Virus record (IMG/VR): IMGVR_UViG_3300027793_000005
Length of the DNA: 20,000 nucleotides
From: an uncultured virus (IMG/VR IMGVR_UViG_3300027793_000005)
Lineage: Duplodnaviria > Heunggongvirae > Uroviricota > Caudoviricetes
Strand: one strand, 5' to 3'
The position numbers and the translations under genes are program-made. Each line of letters starts with the position of its first letter. Within the stretch, counting starts at the first letter, position 1. The notes under the pieces were generated by a model. That model made no database searches. It was not told the DNA's origin and saw only the letters and a list, made by a program, of their open reading frames with translations. Positions 7,746 through 16,383 of this stretch are shown here, in pieces.

Positions 7746-9070
7746 CGCCCACCTCCGCCGCCAAGGCCACCGAAGAGACTACCAAGCCCCAATCCTACAC
7801 CTGCGATCTGTCCAAACAAACTCCCCGGCTGCTGATAGAGCGTCTGGGTCTGGTTGCCTGCCGGGATGCCCCGCAGGATGCCCATGCCGAACTCGGCCTG
7901 CTTGTACGGGAACTGCTGGGCGTTGATGAAGTCCTGCAACTGCTGATTAAGCAACTGCTGTTCCATCGCCTGCATCTGGCCACCCGCACCCATCTGAGCC
8001 TGATTGATCCCGAGGCCCTGCTGGTGCTGCATCTGCCCCAACTGACCCAACTGGCCGGACGCCGCCAACTGCTGCTGGAGACCCTGAAGGCCAAGCCCTG
8101 CCCCGAACTGCCGGGACTGCTCACCCAACTGTGCCCCTGCAAGGCCGTACTGCGCTCTCTGGGCGGCGTTCTGGAGGCCGAACTGATTGGCTTGAGCAAG
8201 TTGCCCGAGCCGCTGCTGCTGCGCCTGAAGTTGCGCCGCTTGGTTCAACTGCCCCGACTGCATGCCGAGGTTGGCACCCAACTGCTGCTGGTTGAGCAGG
8301 GCCTGAAGGTTAGTCTGCCCCGTTTGCATCCCGGCCTGCTGATTGGCCAACTGCGCCTGCATCTGAGCCGCACGATCAGCCCCGAATTGCTGCGTGGCCT
8401 GTTGGTATGCCTGCTGAAGCCCGGTCGATTCGATGTCCGCTAGACGGTCAGACAGACTACGCTGTGCCTCAGACTGCATGAGAGCGTGGCGGGTGCCGCC
8501 CAACGCGCCATACTTGGACGCCGTTGACCCCATGCCGGGAAGTTGCCGCATGAAGTCCCGGACAGCACCCTTCTTCTGCGACTCGATCACGCCGCTCATG
8601 TACGGCGACATGTACTCCTGCATGGCACCAAGACCGAACCGCTCAGCCCCGACCCGCTCAGGGCCACCCATCTGGAACCGCTCAAGCGACGGAGCGCCGA
8701 CCCGCTCGAAATCGACCTGCCCCTCACGGAAACTCGGGTCTTGGTAGAACTGCTGGTTCCCCATAGGGGAGTACTGCCCGAGTTCGCCCGCCCGCCGTCC
8801 AGCCAGCCCCGCAAGACCCGAAGCCTCACCGATCTGGGGAGCGACCTGCATCCCGGCGACACCTTCCATCGCCTGCTTCTGGAGCGGGTTGAACCCAGCA
8901 ACGGTCTGACCGCCGTAGCGCTGGTAGCCTTCACCGATGAGGCCCGGCACCCACTGGCCCGTGTCCGGGTCCATGTTGCCAAAGACGTTACCCAGCAAGT
9001 ACTGGGCATACGGCTCCGCGTACTTCGGGATGCTGGAAGTGATCTGTGTCTGTTCAGTAGGAGATGCCAT
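7742..9070 (-). CDS. Probable phage DNA-ejection / pilot-type protein (442 aa, Gln/Gly/Ala-rich coiled coil, hydrophobic Gly-rich C-terminus)
   Basis: SD GAGGA upstream. N-terminus MASPTEQTQITSSIPKYAEPY, extensive Q/G/A/L helical repeats, and C-terminal SLFGQIAGVGLGLGSLFGGLGGGGGR. Composition and position match podovirus DNA-transfer proteins. Confidence 0.65.
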   Translation of the reverse strand: MASPTEQTQITSSIPKYAEPYAQYLLGNVFGNMDPDTGQWVPGLIGEGYQRYGGQTVAGFNPLQKQAMEGVAGMQVAPQIGEASGLAGLAGRRAGELGQYSPMGNQQFYQDPSFREGQVDFERVGAPSLERFQMGGPERVGAERFGLGAMQEYMSPYMSGVIESQKKGAVRDFMRQLPGMGSTASKYGALGGTRHALMQSEAQRSLSDRLADIESTGLQQAYQQATQQFGADRAAQMQAQLANQQAGMQTGQTNLQALLNQQQLGANLGMQSGQLNQAAQLQAQQQRLGQLAQANQFGLQNAAQRAQYGLAGAQLGEQSRQFGAGLGLQGLQQQLAASGQLGQLGQMQHQQGLGINQAQMGAGGQMQAMEQQLLNQQLQDFINAQQFPYKQAEFGMGILRGIPAGNQTQTLYQQPGSLFGQIAGVGLGLGSLFGGLGGGGGR

Positions 9071-9079
9071 GTGTGTTCC

Positions 9080-12000
9080 TCAGACGGGCAGGAAGCGATC
9101 GGCTTTGACAGCGGGGGCCTGCTTGGTCCGTCCCGTCCGTGCCTGCCGTACCTTGTTCATCATGTCGTAGAGTTTCTGCGCCCCGGCTTTGGTCGAGCCG
9201 TTGCCAAGATGCGATACCACGTCAGCCGGGATGACGAACTCGCCATCAGCCAACGCAGCCCGTTGTACGCCCTTGCCGCGAATCACGGCAGGGATATTAT
9301 CGGACATCCCGTCACCGGGACCGTTCAGCAACTTGCCACCAGCCGCGTACTCGCCGGGCATACCACCCCCTGCGAAGCCGAAGTTGTAGTCCTCACCGAT
9401 AGCCCCGCCACCTGCAAAGGCATACTGCGGCTCATCGCTCAACTCCGAGAAGGGAGACATGAACTCCATTTCTCTACGACGCGGGATGTAAGGCTGCTCT
9501 TCTTCGACGGGGACAGGACGTCCGTAGACCGGGAAGTCTTCCTCGACGGGAGGGATGTACGGAGTCGTGTCATAGACCGGACTCGGCGGAGCGTAGGGTG
9601 ACTCATAGACCATCGGCGGGGTATAAGCCGGGGGCGCGTAGACCGGAGCCTCTTCAACCTGCGGCCTTGGGATGTAGACCGGCTCTTCCTCGACGGGAGC
9701 GGGCGGAGCAAAAATAGCCGGAGGCGTACCCACCTTCGACTGCGCAGGGGGCATCGGAGCGGTAGGCTCTTCCTCGATGATACGAGGGCTATACGGAGTA
9801 GGAACAGGCGCAAGTTCGCGGGGTTCGCTGAACGGGGTCGGCGGGGGGCCAGCAGTCTGCTGTAGTTGTGCCGCACGATGCGCCGCACCCGGACTCTCAC
9901 CAATCCCAAAACTGTTTATACGGTTTCCGCCAGAGGTCAACTCCGGGGCTGAAACAATCTGATTATAAAAACTGTACTTTCCTAACTCAGCGGGCGTACC
10001 TGCATAGACAGGCCGCTCGCTCACGATCTTGTATTTATTGTCGCCCTTGACCTGCGCGTTGCTGATCGGCTGTCCATACATGAAGTTGTGGACTAGATCG
10101 GTCATCATGTAATCGACAACAGCCTGTGTTTTAGGATCTTGTGTACCAGATCCCATAGAGTTAAGCCACGGCTGTACAACATCGTTATAAATGGTATTCG
10201 CATCAGCGGTCTTGTCTACTTTACCGCTCTTGACTGCGTCGTTAATGACCCGCGTCATGTCATACATGAAGTCTTCGTTACCAGTGCGTCCATATTTTTC
10301 TTGGCCGGGAAAATTGAACTTGTCAGTACGGAACAGATTTATAAATCCACGACTCAACACACTTGGATCGCTTGTTCCAAAATAAGTTGCATTATTTTGA
10401 GCGGCTTGATCAACTCCCTTCCAATAACTTTTAAGGTCATTTGCCCCCATCTCTTCAGTGTTGACCAACGAAGCACCGATGGCAGCGATAGCGGCAGCAG
10501 TGAGCATTCCCGCAGGGCCACCAAGCGCCCCAATGCCAAACAGTTTGCCAGCAGATGCAGCCGTCATCGCTGCATTGAACGCGGCACGACCTTCCTTGCC
10601 CTGTTCGATGGCTTTTCCGGTCTCATACGCACCAAGTACTGTACCGACACCGGGAAGAATCTTGTTCTGCATCAGGCTGCCAAGTCCAGCCTGCGTGCCA
10701 GTATTGATGCTTGGAATCGCAGTCAGATCAGCGACTGAATTTACGCTGCCAGACAAATTACCAAGTCCAGCCACGTCATCTGCTATGGAGAAGCCGTCAA
10801 CAAGTACTCTACCTGCGCGAGGTATAAGCGAGGATACGCCCGCTCCAGCGGAAGCCGCAGAGGCAAGATTGGTAGCGTTAGAAGAAGGCGGCTTGTAGTC
10901 AGGCCGGGACTCCGGAGCGTAGGGGTCATTCGGCAGTTCCTCGATCGACACACTCGGTGTCGGCAAAGACGTCGGGTCAAATGAAGGGATCGACGCAAGC
11001 CCCGCCGTGATAAGCGGATCTTTGATGCCCGGCGTAGTCGGTTCGACTTCAGTAAGTCTCCTCTGCCCAGTAACCTCAACTTCTTGCAGATCTTCCGGCC
11101 CCGTAGTGAACTTGTCTTTCAGGTATCCAAAGCCCTTGCCGATACCTTTGTCGATCAGATAGTTCGTAGCAATCGCACCAGCAAGGTCAGCAACACCCCC
11201 GCCACCGCCACCGACATCCCCGCCACCGCCGCCCGGAGCCACGTACGGAGTGAACGGTACTTTGAAGCGGCCAAGCCCGCCTGAAGCGGCGTCTCCCATG
11301 CCGGGACCCGGCACAGGGTTCTTGGCGCGAGCATTGAGTTCTTCGATGTACTGGCGGGTCGCCAACACGTTGGGGTCAACGTACTGCTGCGCAGCGAACG
11401 GACTCTTGGGCGCAGAGACACCAACCTCGCCGCCTTCAGCGAACTTCTCTTCTCCGGTGAACGGGTTGATACGGGCACCAAACCCCCCAAAGACTTCCTG
11501 ACCACGTGGCGCATTGGGTGAGTAACTCGTCTGCATCACATCAGCCAGCGGGTAACGTTCGTTGGTATGCGGGTAAGCCTCTCGCGAGTACGGCAGGGCA
11601 GGGCGCTGATTGATGACACCCCCGCCTGCGTAACCACGCCACGGCTTCACACCTTGCGGAGTGCGTTGGACCCACCTGCCGGGCAAGTAGTAGGGTTGAT
11701 CACGGCTTGATCCATACTGCGGATTGCGCTGGCCGCGAATGTAGTAGAGACCGCTGCCCTCCTCTCCGCCCATCGGGAACGGCTTCGCTTCCTCAGCGAG
11801 AGGCATCATGGCCCCGGCGAACGTCGCGTACTGACTCGCCTTTTGCAGGAGCGGACTCTCGAACCCGCCACCCATCGCGTTCATGAATGCGGGCATGCCT
11901 TCCTTCGTGGTGAAAAGGTTCTTCGCGCCCTGCCAGAGGGACGGGGTAGACGAAGTAGGAAGTGCAGGGGCCGGGGTCACTGTTCGCGGGATCGGCAGGC

Positions 12001-12571
12001 TGAGATCCTTGGTCTTGGAGACCATGTCATCGAACATCGAACCCGAGTCAGACGTCTTGCTGCTGTAGAACGGGATGGCTGACCCTTCCTGAGCGAACCG
12101 CGTATCCGCAGTGGCAGGCGCAGTACCGACGACACTGGTCGGAGCCTCTGGCGTGCCCCCTCCGGCGACCGATGCTGCCCTCAACCCAGAAGCGATGTTG
12201 GCACCGCTGTACGCGCCAAGGCCCGCCTGCAAACCCTTCTTGAGGTCACCTTCGATGAGTCCGGTCGCACCGCCGACAAGCAACGCGCTGCCCAGAGCCT
12301 CGCTACCAAATCCGATCGTCTTGGCGAAGTTACCAAGACCGGGAACAGACGGAATGACCGCGCCGAGGATATGGGGCAGGACCTTCTTGAGGAACGACGC
12401 CTCGTACAAACCCGTTTTCGGATTGATGGTCAGGCTACCGCCGTGAGCCATCGCAAGACCCTGAAGGCCCTGCACCTCGCCGGGGGTCATGTGTACAAGG
12501 ACAGAATCGCCGTTCCGACCACGGGAGGCCAGAAGCGAGGCGAGTCCAGATTCGGGGGCGTTGTTGTACAT
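9080..12571 (-). CDS. Probable internal virion / ejection protein (about 1163 aa) with multiple [FYM]AxGG motifs
   Basis: ATG at 12571 (the track starts at TTG 12577). N-terminal GRNGDSVLVHMTPGEV...INPKTGL module and C-terminal GPGDGMSDNIPAVI...LADGEFVIPADVV module, a motif class also seen at the ends of tape-measure proteins. Gly-rich hydrophobic segments and Pro-rich linkers. Confidence 0.65.
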   Translation of the reverse strand: MYNNAPESGLASLLASRGRNGDSVLVHMTPGEVQGLQGLAMAHGGSLTINPKTGLYEASFLKKVLPHILGAVIPSVPGLGNFAKTIGFGSEALGSALLVGGATGLIEGDLKKGLQAGLGAYSGANIASGLRAASVAGGGTPEAPTSVVGTAPATADTRFAQEGSAIPFYSSKTSDSGSMFDDMVSKTKDLSLPIPRTVTPAPALPTSSTPSLWQGAKNLFTTKEGMPAFMNAMGGGFESPLLQKASQYATFAGAMMPLAEEAKPFPMGGEEGSGLYYIRGQRNPQYGSSRDQPYYLPGRWVQRTPQGVKPWRGYAGGGVINQRPALPYSREAYPHTNERYPLADVMQTSYSPNAPRGQEVFGGFGARINPFTGEEKFAEGGEVGVSAPKSPFAAQQYVDPNVLATRQYIEELNARAKNPVPGPGMGDAASGGLGRFKVPFTPYVAPGGGGGDVGGGGGGVADLAGAIATNYLIDKGIGKGFGYLKDKFTTGPEDLQEVEVTGQRRLTEVEPTTPGIKDPLITAGLASIPSFDPTSLPTPSVSIEELPNDPYAPESRPDYKPPSSNATNLASAASAGAGVSSLIPRAGRVLVDGFSIADDVAGLGNLSGSVNSVADLTAIPSINTGTQAGLGSLMQNKILPGVGTVLGAYETGKAIEQGKEGRAAFNAAMTAASAGKLFGIGALGGPAGMLTAAAIAAIGASLVNTEEMGANDLKSYWKGVDQAAQNNATYFGTSDPSVLSRGFINLFRTDKFNFPGQEKYGRTGNEDFMYDMTRVINDAVKSGKVDKTADANTIYNDVVQPWLNSMGSGTQDPKTQAVVDYMMTDLVHNFMYGQPISNAQVKGDNKYKIVSERPVYAGTPAELGKYSFYNQIVSAPELTSGGNRINSFGIGESPGAAHRAAQLQQTAGPPPTPFSEPRELAPVPTPYSPRIIEEEPTAPMPPAQSKVGTPPAIFAPPAPVEEEPVYIPRPQVEEAPVYAPPAYTPPMVYESPYAPPSPVYDTTPYIPPVEEDFPVYGRPVPVEEEQPYIPRRREMEFMSPFSELSDEPQYAFAGGGAIGEDYNFGFAGGGMPGEYAAGGKLLNGPGDGMSDNIPAVIRGKGVQRAALADGEFVIPADVVSHLGNGSTKAGAQKLYDMMNKVRQARTGRTKQAPAVKADRFLPV

Positions 12572-12586
12572 GTTCAACCCATCATA

Positions 12587-13186
12587 CTAAAGGTTTATGG
12601 CCGATATCCAAGCGACCGTCACGATGACGGAGGGGATCTCGGGTACGTTTCCGCTGGCTGCTTCAGACAAAAGCACCATCGCCGTATCGGATGACTGCCA
12701 AGCGATCTCGAAATAGTCGTTCTCTGCCAGAGTCACCATCCAGTTCCACGCTGCGACTTTCTCGTCGTTCGGGCCAGATATGACCATTTTGGTAGCCGAA
12801 TGCGCCAGATCTTGCCCATTGATGCGGAGCCAGATGAAGGTTGTTGCGCTGCCGCCACCCGTCTTGTCCAACTGGGCGGAGAAGGCGATGTTGTACACCC
12901 CGGTCTGGGTGACGTACACCCGAGAGACATCCTTCTTCACGCCATAGATCGTCGCCCCAGCCGTGTTGTAGACGCTGTTGAAGGACATCAAGTTGACGGC
13001 GCTTGCGACCGGGTTGGTCTGAGTCGTGGTGTCGTAGAACGAGCCGTAGGGGACAGGCGCGTTGATCTTGTTCGTGACCGTGTTGAAGAAGAGTCGCAGG
13101 ATGTTGGAGAACTGCTCCTGATAGCGCGGCTCGTACTGCGAGGGAGCAGAGGGCAGGTTCGGCGGTACGACGTTCAGGGACGGCAT
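12587..13186 (-). CDS. Phage tail-associated protein (199 aa): short N-terminal helix plus a beta-sandwich (C1q/BclA-C-like) domain
   Basis: TGATG overlap with the 763-aa gene. PNLPSAPSQYEPRYQEQFSNILRLFFN N-terminus, then YGSFYD...VTQTGVYNIAFSAQL...IWLRING...LAENDYFEI, a jelly-roll beta pattern. Confidence 0.55.
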   Translation of the reverse strand: MPSLNVVPPNLPSAPSQYEPRYQEQFSNILRLFFNTVTNKINAPVPYGSFYDTTTQTNPVASAVNLMSFNSVYNTAGATIYGVKKDVSRVYVTQTGVYNIAFSAQLDKTGGGSATTFIWLRINGQDLAHSATKMVISGPNDEKVAAWNWMVTLAENDYFEIAWQSSDTAMVLLSEAASGNVPEIPSVIVTVAWISAINL

Positions 13187-15477
13187 CAGCGTCTCCCGTC
13201 AGGGCGCACATCGAGGCGCATCATGCCCAACTGCCACGCCACCCCAAGGTCGGTCGAGTCGATCCGGAAGGCCATCTGACGCCCCCTCACCCGCGTGTAG
13301 ACCTGCCCGGTGTACTGCTGGATCGGCACCGTGGAGGTGCGCGTGACGGTGGGCTGATCGGCGCTGGAGTAGTTGACACCCGAGTTTTGGCGCGGACGCA
13401 CGGTCATCGTGACACTCGGGGTGCCTGCCACGGAACCGGTAAACGTCAGGTCAGGCAGCATTCTCCAGACATATCCGAAATTGTGTCCGTCTTGGATGTC
13501 GAAGTCCGAAGTCTCGACGTACGCAGCGATCGGTACAGGAGTAGGGAGCGATTGGTCATCCGTGCCCACTTCGTGGAGCATGGCCTGATTCGGCACCGTA
13601 TAGGTGACAGCCGTGTAGATGGTGTGGGACGCCGCAGTCGTGCCTTCTGCGCCTCGCGTACATCCGGTGAGGGTATTGCCCGACTTGCCCGTGTAGGTGA
13701 TCTTCTCAGACTCGATCAGCACCGTGCCTGCATCAGGATAGGTCGAAGCATCGATGAGCGCGATGGACGCAATCGAGGAATTGACGTCCGTGGTCAGGAA
13801 CGAGTTCTGGACGCTGAACGCGGCGATCGGATTGTTGCGCTGTGAATGCTCAGACCACGCGGTCCGGTTGATGGTGCCGTAGTACCAGATCCGCTCAAGG
13901 TAGTTGTAGATGACGTAGCGGTCGTTCGTCGTGCTGTTGGCAGAGGGGTAGAACCACCAGACTTCGTTGAAGCCCTCATTGGCACCCGCGACGACCTGCT
14001 CGATCTGGTCGTAGTTGATGTCGCTGAAGACATACTGACGCAGGGTGCAGGGGAGAGTCTCAACGCGGCCCGAGTAGACGAAGAACTTGTCCCGCCCCAT
14101 CCAGTAGACGACGTTGTTGACCGTGATGACAGAGTCCTGCGAGGCCACCGACACGTCTTGGTCAAGCAGGGTAAAACTCCAGACGAACGGAGCGCCGACG
14201 TACTGCATCGAGAAGAGCGCCGTGTCCGACCAGACAAGGATCTCCTGACGGGTGTGCAACGCCGTGACAAGGTAAGAGCCGTGCGAGAGTTTCTGCTCGC
14301 CCGACTGGTTCGTGACTTCCGGCACCCACTCAAACCCGTTCGCTTGGTCCGACCACCGCACAAGAAGCGGCTCAAATGAAGTGTTGAACGAAGTCGGGTC
14401 ATACGGCGTCGAGCCGATGGCGATCACGAAGTCGTTCGTGGGCGAGTTGATGATCATGTTGACTTCGTTCGGGACGTGCCGCCCAGCGTAACTGAACGAG
14501 ACATCCGCTCCCGTGCCCGAGGCCGTCGTAGCCACCGAGATCGGTACCGAAGTGCTGCCGTCCCACGCTGTCGTGACATACGCCCCCGCCGGGATGCCAG
14601 TACCCGACACAACGGCTCCGGTAGTGATGCCAAGCGTGTCGGCCACGGTGATCGTGGTAGCGCCCGAGGAGAAGTTGGCGGTCGTAGAGACCTTGGTGAT
14701 GGTGTTGGCCTTCTCTTCAAGCGTGGTCGCTCTGGGCCAAGTCGAGACGTTCGTCGTCCAGTAGTAGATCTCACCACTGCGCTCAGCGAACATCAGATCA
14801 TCAGCGTAGTTGAACATCGACCAGAGTCGCATCGGGACGCCGGAACCCGTCGCGGAACCCCACCCGCCTGCGCCCCACGGAGGAGCGCCCCAGCCGACCG
14901 TGCTGGTGTAGATCGCGTTGCCCGCGTCGATGTCGAAGGTCGCAACGGCAGATGAGCCGCCGCCCGTGGTGGTCGCATTGGCAGCGGTCGGAGAGTAGAT
15001 GACGATCGAATTGGCGTTCGGGGTTGCCTGCACCTCGTACTCGCCATTCAAGGTCAAGCCAGCAACAGCAGTCGCGCCCGAGAAGGTCACGTAGGTGCCG
15101 ATCGTCGTGTTGTGCCCGGTCACCGTGACGGTGACAGCCTTGCTCCCGTTGGTCGTGGCGAAAGGAGCAGCGCCGAGTGAGATCGTGCTGCCAAGCGGGG
15201 TGATGTCATGGTACTCACCGCCCAGTTCGACGTAGACCTTCTGGTTGGTACCGAGACCAAGAAGGTTCTGGTTGACCGAGGTGATCCAGTTCCAGATGTT
15301 ACGGCAGATACCCTTGAAGGTACTGTTGTTGGAGTTGATACTCTGCCAGCCACCGATCTTCTCAGGGAAGCCCGAACGGAAGCGCACCTTGTCGGTGGCG
15401 TAGTAGCCACCTTCGTTGGCGTAGGTCGTGGACTCGCGGTTTACGCCGGGTCGCAACTCAAGTTTTTGGAGGGGCAT
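13186..15477 (-). CDS. Phage tail nozzle / head-tail stabilisation protein (P22 gp10 / T7 gp12-like beta-propeller), 763 aa
   Basis: MPLQKLELRPGVNRE...KIGGW N-terminus, LLVRWSDQ, VYWMGRDKFFVYSG, FNEVWWFYPS...RYVIYNY...WYYG and C-terminal RVRGRQMAFRI...WQLGMMRLDVRPDGRR. Aromatic-rich repeated beta blades. It sits directly before the ejection genes. Confidence 0.7.
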   Translation of the reverse strand: MPLQKLELRPGVNRESTTYANEGGYYATDKVRFRSGFPEKIGGWQSINSNNSTFKGICRNIWNWITSVNQNLLGLGTNQKVYVELGGEYHDITPLGSTISLGAAPFATTNGSKAVTVTVTGHNTTIGTYVTFSGATAVAGLTLNGEYEVQATPNANSIVIYSPTAANATTTGGGSSAVATFDIDAGNAIYTSTVGWGAPPWGAGGWGSATGSGVPMRLWSMFNYADDLMFAERSGEIYYWTTNVSTWPRATTLEEKANTITKVSTTANFSSGATTITVADTLGITTGAVVSGTGIPAGAYVTTAWDGSTSVPISVATTASGTGADVSFSYAGRHVPNEVNMIINSPTNDFVIAIGSTPYDPTSFNTSFEPLLVRWSDQANGFEWVPEVTNQSGEQKLSHGSYLVTALHTRQEILVWSDTALFSMQYVGAPFVWSFTLLDQDVSVASQDSVITVNNVVYWMGRDKFFVYSGRVETLPCTLRQYVFSDINYDQIEQVVAGANEGFNEVWWFYPSANSTTNDRYVIYNYLERIWYYGTINRTAWSEHSQRNNPIAAFSVQNSFLTTDVNSSIASIALIDASTYPDAGTVLIESEKITYTGKSGNTLTGCTRGAEGTTAASHTIYTAVTYTVPNQAMLHEVGTDDQSLPTPVPIAAYVETSDFDIQDGHNFGYVWRMLPDLTFTGSVAGTPSVTMTVRPRQNSGVNYSSADQPTVTRTSTVPIQQYTGQVYTRVRGRQMAFRIDSTDLGVAWQLGMMRLDVRPDGRR

Positions 15478-15841
15478 CCGTCACTCTCCGCCATTCGGGC
15501 TTGCCGATTCCACGCGAGAAGTGCGGGGTGTCCACCAACTTGACCCCGTTGCCGCCCCATGAGTTCAAGGGATTCAGAGATTCCCAGTACCGTCCAAGTG
15601 GGGCGAGGACGGCCTTATCGTAGCACAACTTGCCATCCTTGAAGAAGTTCAAGTCGATGGCCCTGCGGCTCAGGTGCAGCGAGTTCATGGTCTTGCTGCG
15701 ACCAGCCTTGACATGGATCTGCTGCTGTTCTGCGGTACGGAACAGTTCACCGCCCGTGACCACGAAGCCGAGTTCGATCGCCTTCTGGATGAGTTTGCAG
15801 GCGTCGGACAGGAAGTCAGCCTGCTCCTGAACGTTGCTCAC
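15458..15841 (-). CDS. Endolysin, peptidase M15 family (Peptidase_M15_4-like, zinc LAS peptidase), 127 aa
   Basis: FRTAEQQ (Arg), SLHLSRRAIDL (S-x-H-x6-D), WGG and DTPHF (D-x-x-H). GTG start overlapping the holin stop (GTGA). Confidence 0.85.
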   Translation of the reverse strand: MSNVQEQADFLSDACKLIQKAIELGFVVTGGELFRTAEQQQIHVKAGRSKTMNSLHLSRRAIDLNFFKDGKLCYDKAVLAPLGRYWESLNPLNSWGGNGVKLVDTPHFSRGIGKPEWRRVTDAPPKT

Positions 15842-16383
15842 TTCAGCACCCCCTTCAGCATGTCATCCTTGGCCTTGCTGCCAGCCGAGGAGCCGAAGTA
15901 GTACGAGATGACCTGCGTGGCGACCGTGGACAGCACACCGAGGACGTAGATGAGGATGTCCTTGCGCGACGGGTCCACCGGGGCGTTGTCGAACATGACC
16001 ACGCCGAACAGGAAGAAGGTCATGCCAAGAAGGGTCAGCGCGAGAACGGGGGTCACAATCTTGTTGAGCAAAGGTGCTTTGTCAGAGGTGGAGATTTGTA
16101 CCTCTCGTTCCCGCGCTGAATCTGTGTCCTTGAGCCGAAGTTCAAATTCGGCAAGGTCGAGTTTGTTCTCTTCGATGCGAAGCCGCAGCAGTTCCTCCTC
16201 ATGCTCCATCTCGGCAGTCTTGAGACGGATGATGTCATCAGCCGACATGTCGGGCTTGAGTTCGACTCCCAACTTCTCCTCAACCGCCTTCTTGCCCTTA
16301 GCGAGGACAGCGTTGGCGACGAGGGTGAGACCGTTCGCAAGGAGCGGCTTCAGGATAGGTGCAAGTGCTGCGGGGATGCCCAT
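15838..16383 (-). CDS. Holin-like membrane protein (3TM / GTA-holin type), 181 aa
   Basis: ATG at 16383 with SD AAGGAGG. Hydrophobic N-terminus, charged coiled coil, two TM segments (IVTPVLALTLLGMTFFLFGVVMF; ILIYVLGVLSTVATQVISYYF) and FGSSAGSKAKD end. Immediately upstream of the endolysin. Confidence 0.7.
   Translation of the reverse strand: MGIPAALAPILKPLLANGLTLVANAVLAKGKKAVEEKLGVELKPDMSADDIIRLKTAEMEHEEELLRLRIEENKLDLAEFELRLKDTDSAREREVQISTSDKAPLLNKIVTPVLALTLLGMTFFLFGVVMFDNAPVDPSRKDILIYVLGVLSTVATQVISYYFGSSAGSKAKDDMLKGVLK

Noticed and set aside
8543..9601. 352-aa plus-strand ORF and other short plus-strand ORFs
   Set aside because: Antisense to a tightly coupled minus-strand operon, with Arg/His/Leu-rich shadow composition.
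9080..12571. Calling the 1163-aa protein a tape-measure protein
   Set aside because: It shares only the C-terminal GPG...SD...GEFV motif class. It is Pro rich, lacks long helical periodicity, and no tail tube or sheath genes are in the window.
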